Shown piece by piece: positions 42,743 to 63,217 of a DNA stretch of 64,000 nt. Origin of the DNA: Eledone cirrhosa (lineage: Eukaryota); contig OZ024752.1 in NCBI GenBank assembly GCA_964016885.1, forward strand, positions 12,090,001 to 12,154,000, given 5' to 3'. The notes beneath the pieces were generated by a model that saw nothing but the letters and a program-made list of their open reading frames with translations, made no database searches and had not been told where the DNA came from. Position 1 is the first letter of the stretch. The number at the start of each line of letters is the position of its first letter. A program made the position numbers and the translations under genes.

Positions 42743-43199
42743 GTTTAGGTTTTGAGTTCAAAACTTTCCGAGTTCAAATTTATATTTCAAGTTGTATGTT
42801 TAATTAAATCAACTATAGTCGTTCTCTCCACCACTCTCCACCCTCCACAGATCAAATAATAAAAAAAATTGGAATATAATCTTGTTTCAGAGTCACTGGA
42901 CCAACATTGCATTGATCTATTTTTTTTTTAGTCCCGTCACTTCTGATAGAGTCGTAGGGACGCCATTTTGACTTATGGTGTATTGAGGATTTTAAGCCTA
43001 GCAGATTTCTTCCAAGGAAAGGATGAATCAACCCAGTACTAGACTGGTACTTTTTTTATCGACCTAGAAAGGATGAAAGGCAAAGTTGACCTTGGTGGGA
43101 TTTGAACTCAGAGAGCAGAGAGTCGGAACAAATACCATAAAACATTCTATCCGATGTTTACCGACTTTGCCAATTCGCCTCCTATCTATTCTTAGCATT

Positions 43200-43673
43200 T
43201 AAAAACGAAAGAGAGGCGGTTTTCCTCTGTATAGTGGCTATGGTGAAAGAGGTTATATGGTGGACAAGGTTGAGAGGACTGAGGACAGATGCATTTCTCT
43301 CCGGACAACAACTCATTCCCTTCTTTAGGTACCACTTTAGAAGGAGAATCAAAGAGGAGAGAGAGGTACTGCACTCCAGTAAATTTACTGAAAAGTGGGT
43401 GAATGTGGCGAAAATGGCCCGAGTGATTGGGCCTTCTTTGTATATAAACTTGTAGGTTGAAGAAGAGAGCGAAAGGAAGAAAGGAGCGTTTGCATAACAT
43501 GCTGCTGGAGTTGAGGGTTGTTCTATCTACGGGGTATAAAACAACCCATTTGTAACGCCTCCCCCCTATTGGGGATTTCGATTGTTATATTTTCATGTTA
43601 AAACTTTTTTACACGACTGTATGTAAAATACCCGGCATATGTCTTGTGCTCCCTTGTGGCAAATAAAGAAATA
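43200..43673 (+). mobile_element. 5'-truncated Tx1-like LINE 3' end with 17-bp TSD
   Basis: VKEVIWWTRLRGL... matches the C-terminus of LINE A/B; tatctattcttagcatt at 43183-43199 and 43674-43690. Confidence 0.85.
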
Positions 43674-43873
43674 TATCTATTCTTAGCATTAGCTAAAATT
43701 CATAGACATATTCTTTAGTACAATGTAGCGTTGAAATATCTTAAATACACAATAAATTAATGGAAATATTTGTATGAAGTATGGAGAGTAGATTGAAATA
43801 AAGAATATATTCTTAACTATTCTCATAATCAATTATTACATTTGTTTATCTCCTTATTATTAATCAGATTAGA

Positions 43874-44047
43874 GGGTGGGGGTTGGCAGTATCGGTAGAG
43901 CGTCGGACACCATGCTGTGCAGCACAGAGTTAGGTCCCTTTACGTTCTGAGTTCAAATCCCACCAAGGTTAGCTCTGCCTTTCATCCTTACGGGGTTGAT
44001 AAACTAAAGTACCAGTAACGCACTGGGGTCGATTTAATCGAAACTAG
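43874..44047 (+). mobile_element. Family-1 SINE with 16-bp TSD
   Basis: tattaatcagattaga at 43858-43873 and 44048-44063. Confidence 0.85.
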
Positions 44048-44078
44048 TATTAATCAGATTAGAAAGAAACATAATTAC

Positions 44079-44223
44079 GTTTCAGAAAGGAGAAATCCAT
44101 TGTAACGTCTGTGTGAACTTTCTTTGCCTGTTGATAGAATTGGTGTTGAAGATCTTTTCGTTCTACTGGTAAAATTCCTCAGGGAACATCATACCTGAAG
44201 GGAACATCATGTCACCAAAAACG
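44079..44223 (-). CDS. Candidate upstream exon of the fucosyltransferase gene
   Basis: Acceptor ttcttttcttcag before 44223; two ATG-led phase-1 donors (after 44195 and 44079) both splice in frame to the 39182 acceptor. Confidence 0.5.
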
Positions 44224-44444
44224 CTGAAGAAAAGAATCAATATTATTAGAAATACGGTGGTGGATTGGCAGTATCGGTAGAAGGTCGGACGCCATGCTTT
44301 TCAGCATAGAGTTACGGCCTTTTACAGTATGAATTCAAATACCGCCGAAGTTAACTCTGCCTTTCATCCTTACGGGGTCGATAAAATAAAGTACCAGTAA
44401 TGCACTGCGATAATTGCTGGCCTTGTGCCAATAGAAGAAAGAAT

Positions 44445-44475
<31 letters not shown>

Positions 44476-44892
44476 TAGTTAAGAAAAACAAGACCACAAA
44501 CTTCACAAGGAAGACATTATTAAAAGATTGTCAACAGATTGGTTACTCTTGAACTGTGTGTATATATATAGTAACAAAATTAGATTAAGGATGTTATGTC
44601 TGAGAATATCAGAATCATGCGCCATACCACCTGTGGAGTAAGCTCAAAGATTCTAAGTAGTAAATCCGAGCATTTGTATTAAATTATATATATATGTATG
44701 TTTTGAAAATAAATATAGAAACGAAAGACACAGAACTCCAGAGTCTTCAGCCGTTGTGATGAACTTTGGCAGTTTCGGCACCTAGAAACGATATGTTGGT
44801 CAACCGGGATCACAACGTCTGGCACAAGCCAAAGCACTGTCTTTGGAGTAAGAAACAAGACGAAACAATAATGTATAACAATTAAGCTATAA

Positions 44893-46158
44893 TACAAGGT
44901 GCGGACGGTATTTGAGGACACATGCATTTTTAGTCATTATTTTATTTGACTAAATTGAACTTGTTTCAGAAAATAACAATGAAAATAACTATGCTTACTA
45001 ATGAAATGAAAAGGCACGCTGTGATTGTGGCTTTGGAGGCTAAGCATGGTGATTTAGAAATTTCTCGTTTTCTGAAAGTTGCAAGATCTTTTGCCCACAC
45101 AATTCGGTGTTAGTTAGAGAAAGAGGATGGAAGCGTATTACCTGTATCAAAACGTAAAACACATTCCAAATGCTCTGATTCTACCAGGACACCTGAATTT
45201 ATTCAGGAAGTTAAGCAAAACATTGATGACAATCTAGGAAAATCAATTAGGTCAATTGCAAAAAATGTTGGTGTGTCAGAAAAAACAATCAGAAATGGTG
45301 TGCATGAAGACATCAGATACAAATCTTACGTGATGAGGAGAGGTCGATTCATGTCAGAAAAATACAAAAGAAAACCGTTTAATCAGATCCAAAAGACTTT
45401 TGAACAAACTTAAAAATCCATCTGTGAAAAACCAAATCACACCATCAAAAGATGGTGTGATTTGGTTTTTCACAGATGAGAAACACTTTGACCAGGACCA
45501 GAAAACTAATAGAAGAAATGACAGGTGGCTATGTGCAGACCCTTCTGAGGTTCCAAGAGTTATGCACACAAAATTTCCTGCAAGTGTCATGGTTTTGGGT
45601 GTTGTTAGCAATGAAGGATATATGATCCTCCTCACTTTTTTCCACAAGGCCTTAGGGTGAATGCTGCTGCGTTCTGGAGGTTCTGGATAAAGTTGTTAAG
45701 CCTTGGATCAACAGTGTATGCAATGGAAGGTCTTATGTCTTTCAACAAGATTCTGCACCATCACACAAGGATGGATGGCCGACAATTTGCATGATCACAT
45801 CACCCCCAACATTTGGCCACCTAATTCTCCAGATCTCAATCCACTGGACAACTATGTATGGAGCATTGTTGAGAAAAATGTCAATGAACACCCCCATAGC
45901 ACAAAAGATTCTTTGAAAGCCGCAATAGTTCGAGTCTGTCCGATATGAACAAGGACCACTTAAACAGGGCTTGCAAATCATTTCGACCCCGTGTAGAGGC
46001 AGTTATTGATGCTTACGGTGGTTTTATTGTATGAAATTATTAAATTGATAATTTAGCTTTATGTTTATGTTATTTTTATAAGAATACAGTTTTTTCTGTT
46101 ATTATATGTGTTGTTTTTTTAAACCATAAATCTGTCCTCAAATACTGTCTGCACAACG
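44893..46158 (+). mobile_element. Tc1/mariner DNA transposon (DDxD, maT/DD37D-like), decayed
   Basis: TIR core gtgcggacggtatttgaggaca (44899-44920) inverted at 46133-46154; WFFTDEK, VMVLGVVS, FQQDSAP, WPPNSPDLNPLD. Confidence 0.9.
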
Positions 46159-46206
46159 TCAGGGAGAAGGTATTGTGAATTTTAGAGCACGACAGTCTCA
46201 TGAAAC

Positions 46207-46237
<31 letters not shown>

Positions 46238-46399
46238 GGAAAAAGGCAAGAAGATGAAAGTAAAATATTGTGTTGAATGTAAATCATTGAGATTATTGGA
46301 TAGAAAAGAGAAAACACGTACGTCACAGATTAGTAATAATCCCAATGATTTACATTCAACACAACATTTTATTTTCATCTTCTTACCACTATCATGCCT

Positions 46400-46790
46400 C
46401 CAGAGTGCAGGCCGGTTCCACCGACATGCCGCTTTCAACTGGAGCCAGCAGGTCTAGACCGCGGAGAGGACAAGCGCCCCGACGGAATCACCCTCTTCCC
46501 ATTCGAAGGAGGTAGATCCGTCATCTGGGACGCCACCTGCTGCGACACGTTCTCCGCCTCCAACTAAGTCGCTTCGGCCACAAACCCCGGCATCGTGACC
46601 TGCATCACAGAAGAAGGAAAAATAAACAAATACCGAGGTTTGTCCGGCCGCTTCCTCTTCGCACTTGTCACAGTTGAAACCTTAGGGGTACTTGGACCTC
46701 GTACTGCCTAGCTCCTCTGCAAGATCGGAACGTCGGCGTTGCAGCGGGTGTCACTGGCCATTCTCCGCGTGAATGCCTTTTGAGGATTAG
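46400..46790 (+). pseudogene. CRE-like non-LTR retrotransposon restriction-like endonuclease fragment
   Basis: DKRPDGITLFPFEGGRSVIWDATCCDT...KINKY...VETLG with stops. Confidence 0.7.
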
Positions 46791-48078
46791 TCAGCGGGGC
46801 TCAGCCCTTCTGCCCCCATGCCCTAGGCATAATACTGGACGAGGCTTCTATGATTCCTTCCCATGCAATTTATGCCATTCACAAGTGCTTTCAAGATATC
46901 ACTGGTGTCAATGAAGTGTTTGCAGAAAAGGTTTGCCTTCAGGTAACTGCTGCCAATATTACCAAGGAGTACCCCCGAAGCCACATTTTAGACTAAGCAA
47001 TAATGTCAGAGTAAGAGAAGATTAGTCTATGGGTATCTATGTGGGGGTTGTGTGTATATATATATATGCATACAATATATGCATACAATTCGAATGCACT
47101 CGTTTATAAGGGTTTTCTTAAGGTTCGTGATAAACAAACTTATATAATAACAGTCACAACTACATAACAGGTGGTTTTATTAGATATAAAATTTATAAAA
47201 TTTATGAAATAATATAAGGTTTGTATAATAACATAAGGTTTGTATAATCTTAAATTTCCTTTATTATCTTAACATTTGTAACATTTAATATAAGTAAATA
47301 ACTTAATTTCCTTCACGCTGTTTTGCTATTACATAGAAATGATTTTCTCCGGTTTTTCTACGGGTTTCTCCGAAAAATCTATAAGTTTAGGAAAATTCCT
47401 ACATCTTAAACATAAAAAGTCCTTTATTGTATGTATGTATATGTATGTATCTGTAGGTATATATATATATTTATATGTATATATATCTATGTGTGCGTAT
47501 GTATATATATGAATATATTCTTTTAATAATATATAGATTTTTTAATAATATATAGATCTCAAGTTTTAATGTATAGATCTCAATAATTTAATGGATAATT
47601 TTAACTGATAAACTAAACATTTAATCATATTTAAACACTGGTTAAAATTCTCCTATTTACTCTTATTTACACTTCTTTACTCATCCAATAAATATTTATT
47701 TTTTCACTTCATCTTAAAAGTTAAGCTAATACAACAACCTATCACTTAGAGCTTTCTCTTTCTCTTTCTCTTTCTCTTTCTCTTTTCTCTTTTCTTTTTT
47801 TTCTTCTCTTTCTCTTTCTCCTTTTCTTGTTTTCTTATTTTCCTCTTAGAGTTTGCTGTTTTTTCTCTTTTTTTCTTTTTTTTTTCTTTTTCTTTTCTTT
47901 CCCTTTCTCCATACCCCAACGGCTTATTTTAAATCTACTGTGATTTTAAAATATCCGACACTAATTTGCAAAATAGTATAAATAAATTTATAACCCCACT
48001 ATCCGGGAGCTTCCAACAGAAATGGTCGCATTCTTTAAGGGTATGTCAATATTTATTTATGAAACTGCTCTATATTAT

Positions 48079-48141
48079 ATTTTATCTGATGAAAGCACAC
48101 CATAATTTAACTTGGTGTCCTTGAAATATGTATAATGAAAT
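48079..48141 (+). ncRNA. Hammerhead variant (UA-insertion family)
   Basis: attttat-CTGATGA-aag c acacca..tggtgt c ctt-GAAA-tatGTA-ta-atgaaat. Confidence 0.7.
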
Positions 48142-49202
48142 AAATATGGTTTTATAAATATAGTTTCCATTTGTTAATATATCGTATTTTTACTCCAATA
48201 ATTTGTTGAGTGCTTTATATCAGTTATAAAAATATTTGCTTGTTGTATCCCAACAATTTAAATTGAACTTCTACATATATATATATATATGTGTGTATGT
48301 GTGTGTGTATGTGTATACCACATTGTATATTATATTTCATTGTATATTTTTCTTATGTTATTAAAATGTTTTTTATTGCATAATGTATTTTCAACTGTTC
48401 ACTTACAGGTGTGTTTATATATGTACATGTATATGTAGGGGCACTTCTGTGTGGGTAGGCAGATGTGCGTGCGTGCATGTGTATGCATACGGCAGCATGT
48501 ATGCGCACGCATGTATGCGCACGCATGTGTAGATGTATGTAGTTCGGCCTATGCGTGGGTATTTCTGTGTATATGTGTGAATATGCGTATGCATGTTAAG
48601 TTGTCCTTTTGTCTTTTTCTTTTGTGTGTATATCTCTATATATATATGCTTATATAAAAAATATATGTATATATGTATATATATGTGTGTGTAGGTACGT
48701 GTGTAGGCAATGTTTATGTACGTATGTGTTCGTATGTGTGTGTGGACATGTGTGAGTTGACGTTTGTGTATATATGTGTGTGTATGTATGTGTGAGTGTA
48801 TATATATATACATATAGTTATGTAATGAACAACATAGGATAATTATTTCATTCACTAGAGGTTTCTTGAAAGCAAACGATTTTTACTTTCTTTCATCAGA
48901 ATGAATGAATCCTAGGTGTGCATGTATATCTGTGTATGCATTTGTTTGTATATATGTATGTATGTGAATGTATGTGTGTGTGTATGTATATATGCGTGTG
49001 TATGAGCGTGTGTGTATATATAGAGAGATATATATAAATGAAAGGTATGGAAAATATATATCTATATATATATATATATATATATATATTTTCCATACCT
49101 TTCATTTATATATATCTCTCTATATATACACACACGCCCATACACACACATTAAATCTATATATACACACATACACACATACACATATATACATACACAT
49201 AT

Positions 49203-49315
<113 letters not shown>

Positions 49316-49477
49316 TATACATATATACATATATACATACACACGCACAAATACAACAGAAATATATAATATACGATTATGCATACATATACATACAGAT
49401 AGATATAAACATACATACACACACATATATACATACAGATATACATATACACACACATATACATACACATATATATA

Positions 49478-49556
<79 letters not shown>

Positions 49557-49939
49557 TATTATTTATTTATTTGTACACAAGCATACACACACACACACAT
49601 ATTTATATGTGCGTGGTTTTGTATACCCATGGTAAGGTTTTGCGTATGCTTGTGTATGTACGTATCTGTTTGCGTGTATGTATTTATTTGTTTCTATTAC
49701 TTCTGTATTGTATTTATTTACTTTGTTCTTAACTCCGTAGCGGAGATTCATTTGGTCTCCTAGTTAGAATTTTAGTCTACGATTTCTGCTATACCATTTA
49801 CGTGGTTTTGTCTTTGCGTGCTATTGTTCTCCACGCTCCACATATGACGTATTATCTTCGTTTTTTCGTTCATTGCCACAGAACGTCTCTATGCAGCACC
49901 TAAGAGAACATTAGTCTACGACCTCTTTTATACCATAAA

Positions 49940-50278
49940 CGTGGTTTTGTCTTTGCGCGTAACTGTTTTCACCGCTCCTATTAATGACGTATTATTCGTT
50001 TTTTCCCGTTCTTTGCCAGCGAACGTTACCACGAACCAAAGTATCGTCTTCCTGTCTTCCCCCGGTTGCAACGTTTTTTGAAATATCCTGTTCTGCGTTT
50101 ACAGATTGACTTTGTTAGTTTCAGAAGATCCCGTTAAGGGTGAAAGTAGCGATTCTTTGCTTAAACTTTAATCTGTTATTTTAATAAATATTTGCTCTAC
50201 GGTTCTTATATATTTGATATATATTTTCCTTATCGAGCCCTCTTTGGATTTTAGTCTTCAATTTTATTATTATTACTA
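49940..50278 (+). mobile_element. PLE-type 3' end with CAGAAGA hammerhead-like motif (50117-50167)
   Basis: Longest contiguous copy of the family seen at 1.6-2.0, 7.6 and 15.1-15.7 kb; ends in (TA)n. Confidence 0.65.
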
Positions 50279-50453
50279 TATATATATATATATATACATA
50301 TATACACATATACACATATACTGTACTCTTGTATTCTGTTTCTCCCTTATCTCTCCTTATATTTAAACCTTTTCCTATGTCATTTATTTCCCCCCTCTTT
50401 TTCCCCCCTACTTTTTTTATATTAATTTTTTTTGTGTGTTGCGTATATGTATG

Positions 50454-50536
<83 letters not shown>

Positions 50537-50620
50537 AGGAGGTGAGTTTTATTGTAGTACAATAAAGCAATGCAGATATCGGATAAGAAGTACTCTACAG
50601 TTTGTAGGACTGGAGTATAA

Positions 50621-50950
50621 ATAATATATAAGATCAAAAGATGGTTAAAATAGTTCCATGTATTTTATTATGCGTATTTCAAAAACAAATATCATCATGC
50701 AATAACATTTGTGTTTTCATCAGATAAAATAGGAGACATGATATGAAGGTTAAAATACACTTGTGAATAGTGCAGTTTTGATGTTGATTCAAAACTGCAC
50801 TATTCACAAGTGTATTTTAACCTTCATATCATGTCTTCCTATTTCATCTGATGAAAACACAAATGTTATTGCATGATGATATTTGTTTTTGAAATGCGCA
50901 TAATAAAATACATGGAACTCTTTTAACCATCTTTTGATCTTATATATTAT
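50621..50950. repeat. ~160-bp-arm palindrome with a degenerate UA-insertion hammerhead in each arm
   Basis: Arms 50621-50781 and 50789-50950 with a few mismatches; motifs at 50662-50730 (-) and 50841-50909 (+). Confidence 0.9.
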
Positions 50951-51123
50951 ATATATATATATGTGTGTATGTATATGTGTGTGTATATGTATATGTGTAT
51001 GTATATATGTGTGTGTATGTATGTTTATATCTATCTGTATGTATATGTATATGTATATATAATCGTATATTATATATTTCTGTTGTATTTGTGGGTGTGT
51101 GTGTATATATATATATATGTATA

Positions 51124-51214
<91 letters not shown>

Positions 51215-51466
51215 ATGTGTGTATATATAGATTTAATGTGTGTGTATGGGCGTGTGTATATTTGTGCGTGTATATGTATTTTTTTATATAATAGTTTTGT
51301 GTGTATATAAATAATAGCCTCAGAAACGGCTTGAGCTCTGCCGTGGGGGTCAGACTTTTTCCTATGTGTGTGTATATATATATATATATACGTAATTGTA
51401 TGTGTGTGTGTATTTCTGTGGTTGTGTTTTTGTGTGTGTGTGTGTGTATGTATATATATGTATATA

Positions 51467-51547
<81 letters not shown>

Positions 51548-52007
51548 ATAATTTTGTATTGGCGATCGAGTAACGTGAAAACAAGCGAATAGCGATCTCT
51601 AGACCTACCAGTTCAGAGAAACAATTGTCAGCAATGAGATTAAAAACCTTTTTTGTATAGCAAACCATGTCAATCTTCTTTCCTGATTTATTATTACTCC
51701 AAGTGTTTACAACATAGGAATTACAGCGTACTCGCAGCATCACTATGAATACGCCTTGTTGAGTCAAACCAAGCCAAGCGTTGATATCATCCACTACCCG
51801 GAATACCATAACTGGACTACACCTAAGTGGACTGCATATAACTATTAATTGTTACCCCGTATATATATATATATATATGCAAAAGTTCTATTTAAAATTG
51901 TTGGGATACAAGTAAATATTTTATAACTGATGTAAAGCACTCGACAAGTTTTTGGAGTAGATATACGATATTAAATAAATGGAAACTATATTTATAAAAC
52001 CATATTT

Positions 52008-52070
52008 ATTTCACTATACATATTTCAGGGATATCAAATTAAAATATGGTATGCCTTCATCAGATAAAAT
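52008..52070 (-). ncRNA. Hammerhead variant (UA-insertion family)
   Basis: Minus strand attttat-CTGATGA-agg c atacca..tgatat c cct-GAAA-tatGTA-ta-gtgaaat. Confidence 0.7.
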
Positions 52071-52130
52071 ACAATATATAAACAGTATAAAACTGTTTAT
52101 ATATTGTATTTTATCTGATGAAGGCATATC

Positions 52131-53796
<1,666 letters not shown>

Positions 53797-54505
53797 AAGA
53801 AAGTGTGAGTGTGTGAAGAGGGAGATACAAAGTGACTGTGACAGAGATATATATATAGAGAGAGAGAGGGGGGGAGGGTCGAGAGAGAGATAGACAGACT
53901 CGCTAGAAAGAGTGTTTGAGGTGAACTTTGCCACCACTTCATTCTCAGAAATAAATGAGCGAAGAAGATATTGTCAATTTACTTTTCAATTTTCATATAT
54001 TTACATATATCTATTTGCGTATAAAACACTACATATGCTAGCAGAAAACCGCCCGAAGAGGGCTCGATAAGGATTATATTATTATTGTTGTTATTATTAT
54101 TATTATTATTATCAGGGCGGTGGATTGGCAGTATCGGTAGAGTGTCGGACGCCATGCTTTCCAGTATAGAGTTACGCCCCTTTATGGTCTAAGTTCAAAT
54201 CCCGCCGAGGTTAACTTTGCTTTTCATCCTTACGGGGGTCGATAAAATAAAGTACCACTGAGATAATTGCTGGCCTTGTGCCAATAGTAGAAACAAGAGG
54301 TGGCGAATGCGTACATCGCATCCGTCATGTTTCATTTTTATTGTTTATATATATATATATGTTTCTATGTCTTTTTTTCTTTTCTTATATAAATAATAAA
54401 AATATTTACACGCACAAAACCCACATCGCACCGTCCTGTGCCGTCTATAATGTTTTTCTTGATGTCAGCCCTTGTGGCCAATAAAGAAATCATTATTATT
54501 ATTAC

Positions 54506-54541
<36 letters not shown>

Positions 54542-54606
54542 AGACAGACACTTTCCTCTTCGACGAATCCCTAATTAACTTTTTCAAGTTTCACTTGAAG
54601 AGGAAA

Positions 54607-60113
<5,507 letters not shown>

Positions 60114-60226
60114 ATATATACACATATACACGGCACTATGGTTATGTAAGTACCTCTCACCTATCTGCATTTTCTGTGCCTGTGTATATGTGTATTAACA
60201 TCTCAGGGTATGTCATGTATCATTAT

Positions 60227-60279
60227 ATTTTGTCTGATGAGGACGTACTGTTGTACATCCGAAATATGTATAATAAAAT
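60227..60279 (+). ncRNA. Hammerhead variant (UA-insertion family)
   Basis: attttgt-CTGATGA-gga c gtac tgtt gtac a tcc-GAAA-tatGTA-ta-ataaaat. Confidence 0.72.
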
Positions 60280-60984
60280 GTAATTGATCAAAAGAACATC
60301 TATTTTATTAATACTTATATTTTAATATTAATAACTCCAGAAAATTATTTTTCCCGTTGAGTGCTTCCAATCTACTGTAAAACTCATTCTTTGACATAAT
60401 CATTGAATATTGTTTAACACTTTAATATTACTCTTTTACTCTTTTACCTGTTTCAGCCATCCGGCTGAGGCCATGCTGGGGCACCGCCTTTATATACACA
60501 TACATACATACATATATATATGTGTGTGTGTGTGTGTATGTATGTGAATGTGTCAGTTCACACCTGGAATGTAGCTTAAGAGAAACATGACAATAATGAT
60601 AGGCACCCAATATTTTGAACTGGTTTATAGAATTCTCTTGGCCTTTGTCACTCTAAGGAGTGCTTTAAAGAATTAGCTTTTAAAGAATTTCTCTTTTCTT
60701 TAAATCCATCAACCATGACCGACCCCCCACCATCTTATAGACACCTGAAATATAGGCATTGTTAGCTTAAGAGAAACTTAAAAATAAGGAGTGGCACCAC
60801 ATTCTGAACCTGTTTATATAATCCTTTCTGCCTTTGTCACTCTAAATATAAACTATAAACTTAAAGAATTAGCTTTTAATGAATTCCCTTTTCTTTCAAC
60901 CAATGACCTCCACCCATCCCACTCCCCACCCTCTCCTACCACCTGAAAAGATATAAATACCACTACATTTATTTTTGGAAAGCC

Positions 60985-61035
60985 AGATTCCTGATGATTT
61001 CTAAAGAATGAAACAGTTCTAGTCCTGTAGAATCT
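60985..61035 (+). ncRNA. Complete type I hammerhead ribozyme, copy 1
   Basis: agattc-CTGATGA-t ttc taaa gaa t-GAAA-cag ttctagtc ctGTA-gaatct; predicted cut after 61029. Confidence 0.88.
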
Positions 61036-61069
61036 CATCTATATTAAAACTATATATATATATATATAT

Positions 61070-61285
61070 TACAATGAAAGGAAGAGCAGAAGAAATCGTA
61101 GAGATGCTAGAGCGAAAGGAATTGATGTATGCTGTGTGCAAGAGACTAGATGGAGAGGAGAGTCTGCTAGAGTCCTTGTAGGAAAAAGTCAGTGCTACAA
61201 ATTTTTCTGGGTGGGAAATGACGATGGGATGGGTGGTGTAGGTATACTACTAGCTGACAAGTGGGTAGATAAAGTAATCTCAGTG
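61070..61285 (+). pseudogene. RTE-like LINE AP-endonuclease fragment
   Basis: IDVCCVQETRWRG..ARVL..YKFFWVG..GVGILL..WVDKVISV. Confidence 0.8.
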
Positions 61286-61333
61286 TACCTCCTGAAAAGA
61301 TATAAATACCACTACATTTATTTTTGGAAAGCC

Positions 61334-61384
61334 AGATTCCTGATGATTTCTAAAGAATGAAACAGTTCTAGTCCTGTAGAATCT
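61334..61384 (+). ncRNA. Complete type I hammerhead ribozyme, copy 2 (identical to copy 1)
   Basis: Inside 110-bp direct repeat 61291-61400, which equals 60942-61051; predicted cut after 61378. Confidence 0.88.
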
Positions 61385-61581
61385 CATCTATATTAAAACT
61401 TTTATACTCTGCTATGTATTGAGTACCTTACTTACTGTGGTTACCTATGATTCAATCCGGAATAACTTGCCTATATATATATATTTGTGGTAAGGTGGCT
61501 TGGATACTTCCATAGGCGGTATGCTGGTTGAGCACTCTATGCTCCTTCAGAGCAGAGTATAATCATATGGAAAACAAAGAA

Positions 61582-61810
61582 TCAGTGATGCATCGAAACA
61601 CAGTTTATTAAAATATGGAGCAGCTCTATATTGCATAGTCCACAGTGGGACATTCCATTATTGTAGGCCCTTGCACTCAATAACTTCAACCAGCTAATTT
61701 CATATTTCTGGTTGATGTCTTTAAGTTGCCAGAATTTATTGGCCAGTATCGTTTTATTCCCAAGTTTATGGGTTTTTTTATAATAAACTCTTTTTGTACA
61801 GCCGACCATG
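61582..61810 (-). pseudogene. Decayed PLE GIY-YIG C-terminal fragment
   Basis: NKTILANKFWQLK..YEISW..ARAYN..CGLC resembles the 55143-55487 fragment. Confidence 0.6.
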
Positions 61811-62365
61811 TTATTCCTCACTCTTTCTCCTGCGAACAGCTCGAGGTGTGATCTATTTCTGGATTGAACCTGACCCTGGATTCGCAAGTTCCTCAGATAC
61901 GTTTAGTGACTTCGAAGCAAATCTCCTGTCCGTTGTACTCCGACCCTTTGAATTTCTTTCACCTGCCATCATCCTGTTTGCACGGCCCATCGATTGGTCA
62001 AGTGTATGAGACGTCATCTGTATGTTTGACCATTCAAAACTGCCCACTGGCCATTTCCATTCAGGTGTGAACTGTCACTCACCTTAATTATGTCGCCAGA
62101 ATTACTGCTACGTGGGCATGGGGTTCTGATCTGCCTTGCCTGTCCCTAGCTTGCTCGTAGCCCGATACAGACACAACCACACACACGTGTGTTCACACAC
62201 AGACATTCCGAGCTCCTCAGCACACACTTATCTGTGCGGACAAGCACACACACACCCCCGCGCGTGCGCATACACGTACACATGCATATATTCACACCCT
62301 CATATATAGGTACATGCATACACAGATATATGCACACATGTACACATACACGGACCCACAGATAT

Positions 62366-62406
<41 letters not shown>

Positions 62407-62709
62407 TACACATATATACACACCTATATATACACATACACATATACATATACCCGCGCATACGAAGGCGCACAACCAAGCCTACTCATATATATATATA
62501 TATATATTTACACACACAATATATATATACAGTATATATGCAGAGGTTATATTTAATTTGTTGGGATTCAACAAGCTTAAAAATGTTTATAACTGATATA
62601 AAGCACTCAACAGTTTAGTGGAGTAAATACACAATACATTAATAAGCTCCAACCGTTAAGGTTGTTTTTTTTCCGGGTATGTCAATATTTATTTATAAAA
62701 CAAATCTGT

Positions 62710-62773
62710 ATTTTATCTGATGAAAGCGCACCATAATTTGCCTTGGTGGCCCTTGAAATATGTATAATAAAAT
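62710..62773 (+). ncRNA. Hammerhead variant (UA-insertion family)
   Basis: attttat-CTGATGA-aag c gcacca..tggtggc c ctt-GAAA-tatGTA-ta-ataaaat; flanks homologous to 48030-48270. Confidence 0.72.
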
Positions 62774-63129
62774 AAATATGGTTTTATAAATATAGTTTCC
62801 ATTTATTAATATATTGTATACAGTATATATGTGTTTTGCAAGGTTTTTGATATGAAATCCTGTGTTGAAACAAAATATTGTTATACTTAGTGAGGGTCAT
62901 ATTGTTATAATATTGCCAGAAATAATAATAATAAAACACACTCACTGTTTGGTTTGGATTGGTTTTTGCTTCTGTATATTTTATATCCCTATAGTTAATT
63001 CAGCTGGTAATTGGTTACAAATATAGATATAAATATATATATAGTCTATCAAAGTTCTTTCATCACACCCCTGTGACATCATCAGTGGTACTAATATGTT
63101 TCCTCCTGTTGTATTGTAATGTCTACTCC

Positions 63130-63210
<81 letters not shown>

Positions 63211-63217
<7 letters not shown>

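Noticed and set aside
44750-44800. Hammerhead-like gtgatga...gaaac
   Set aside because: Core lacks C3 and stems II and III do not pair convincingly
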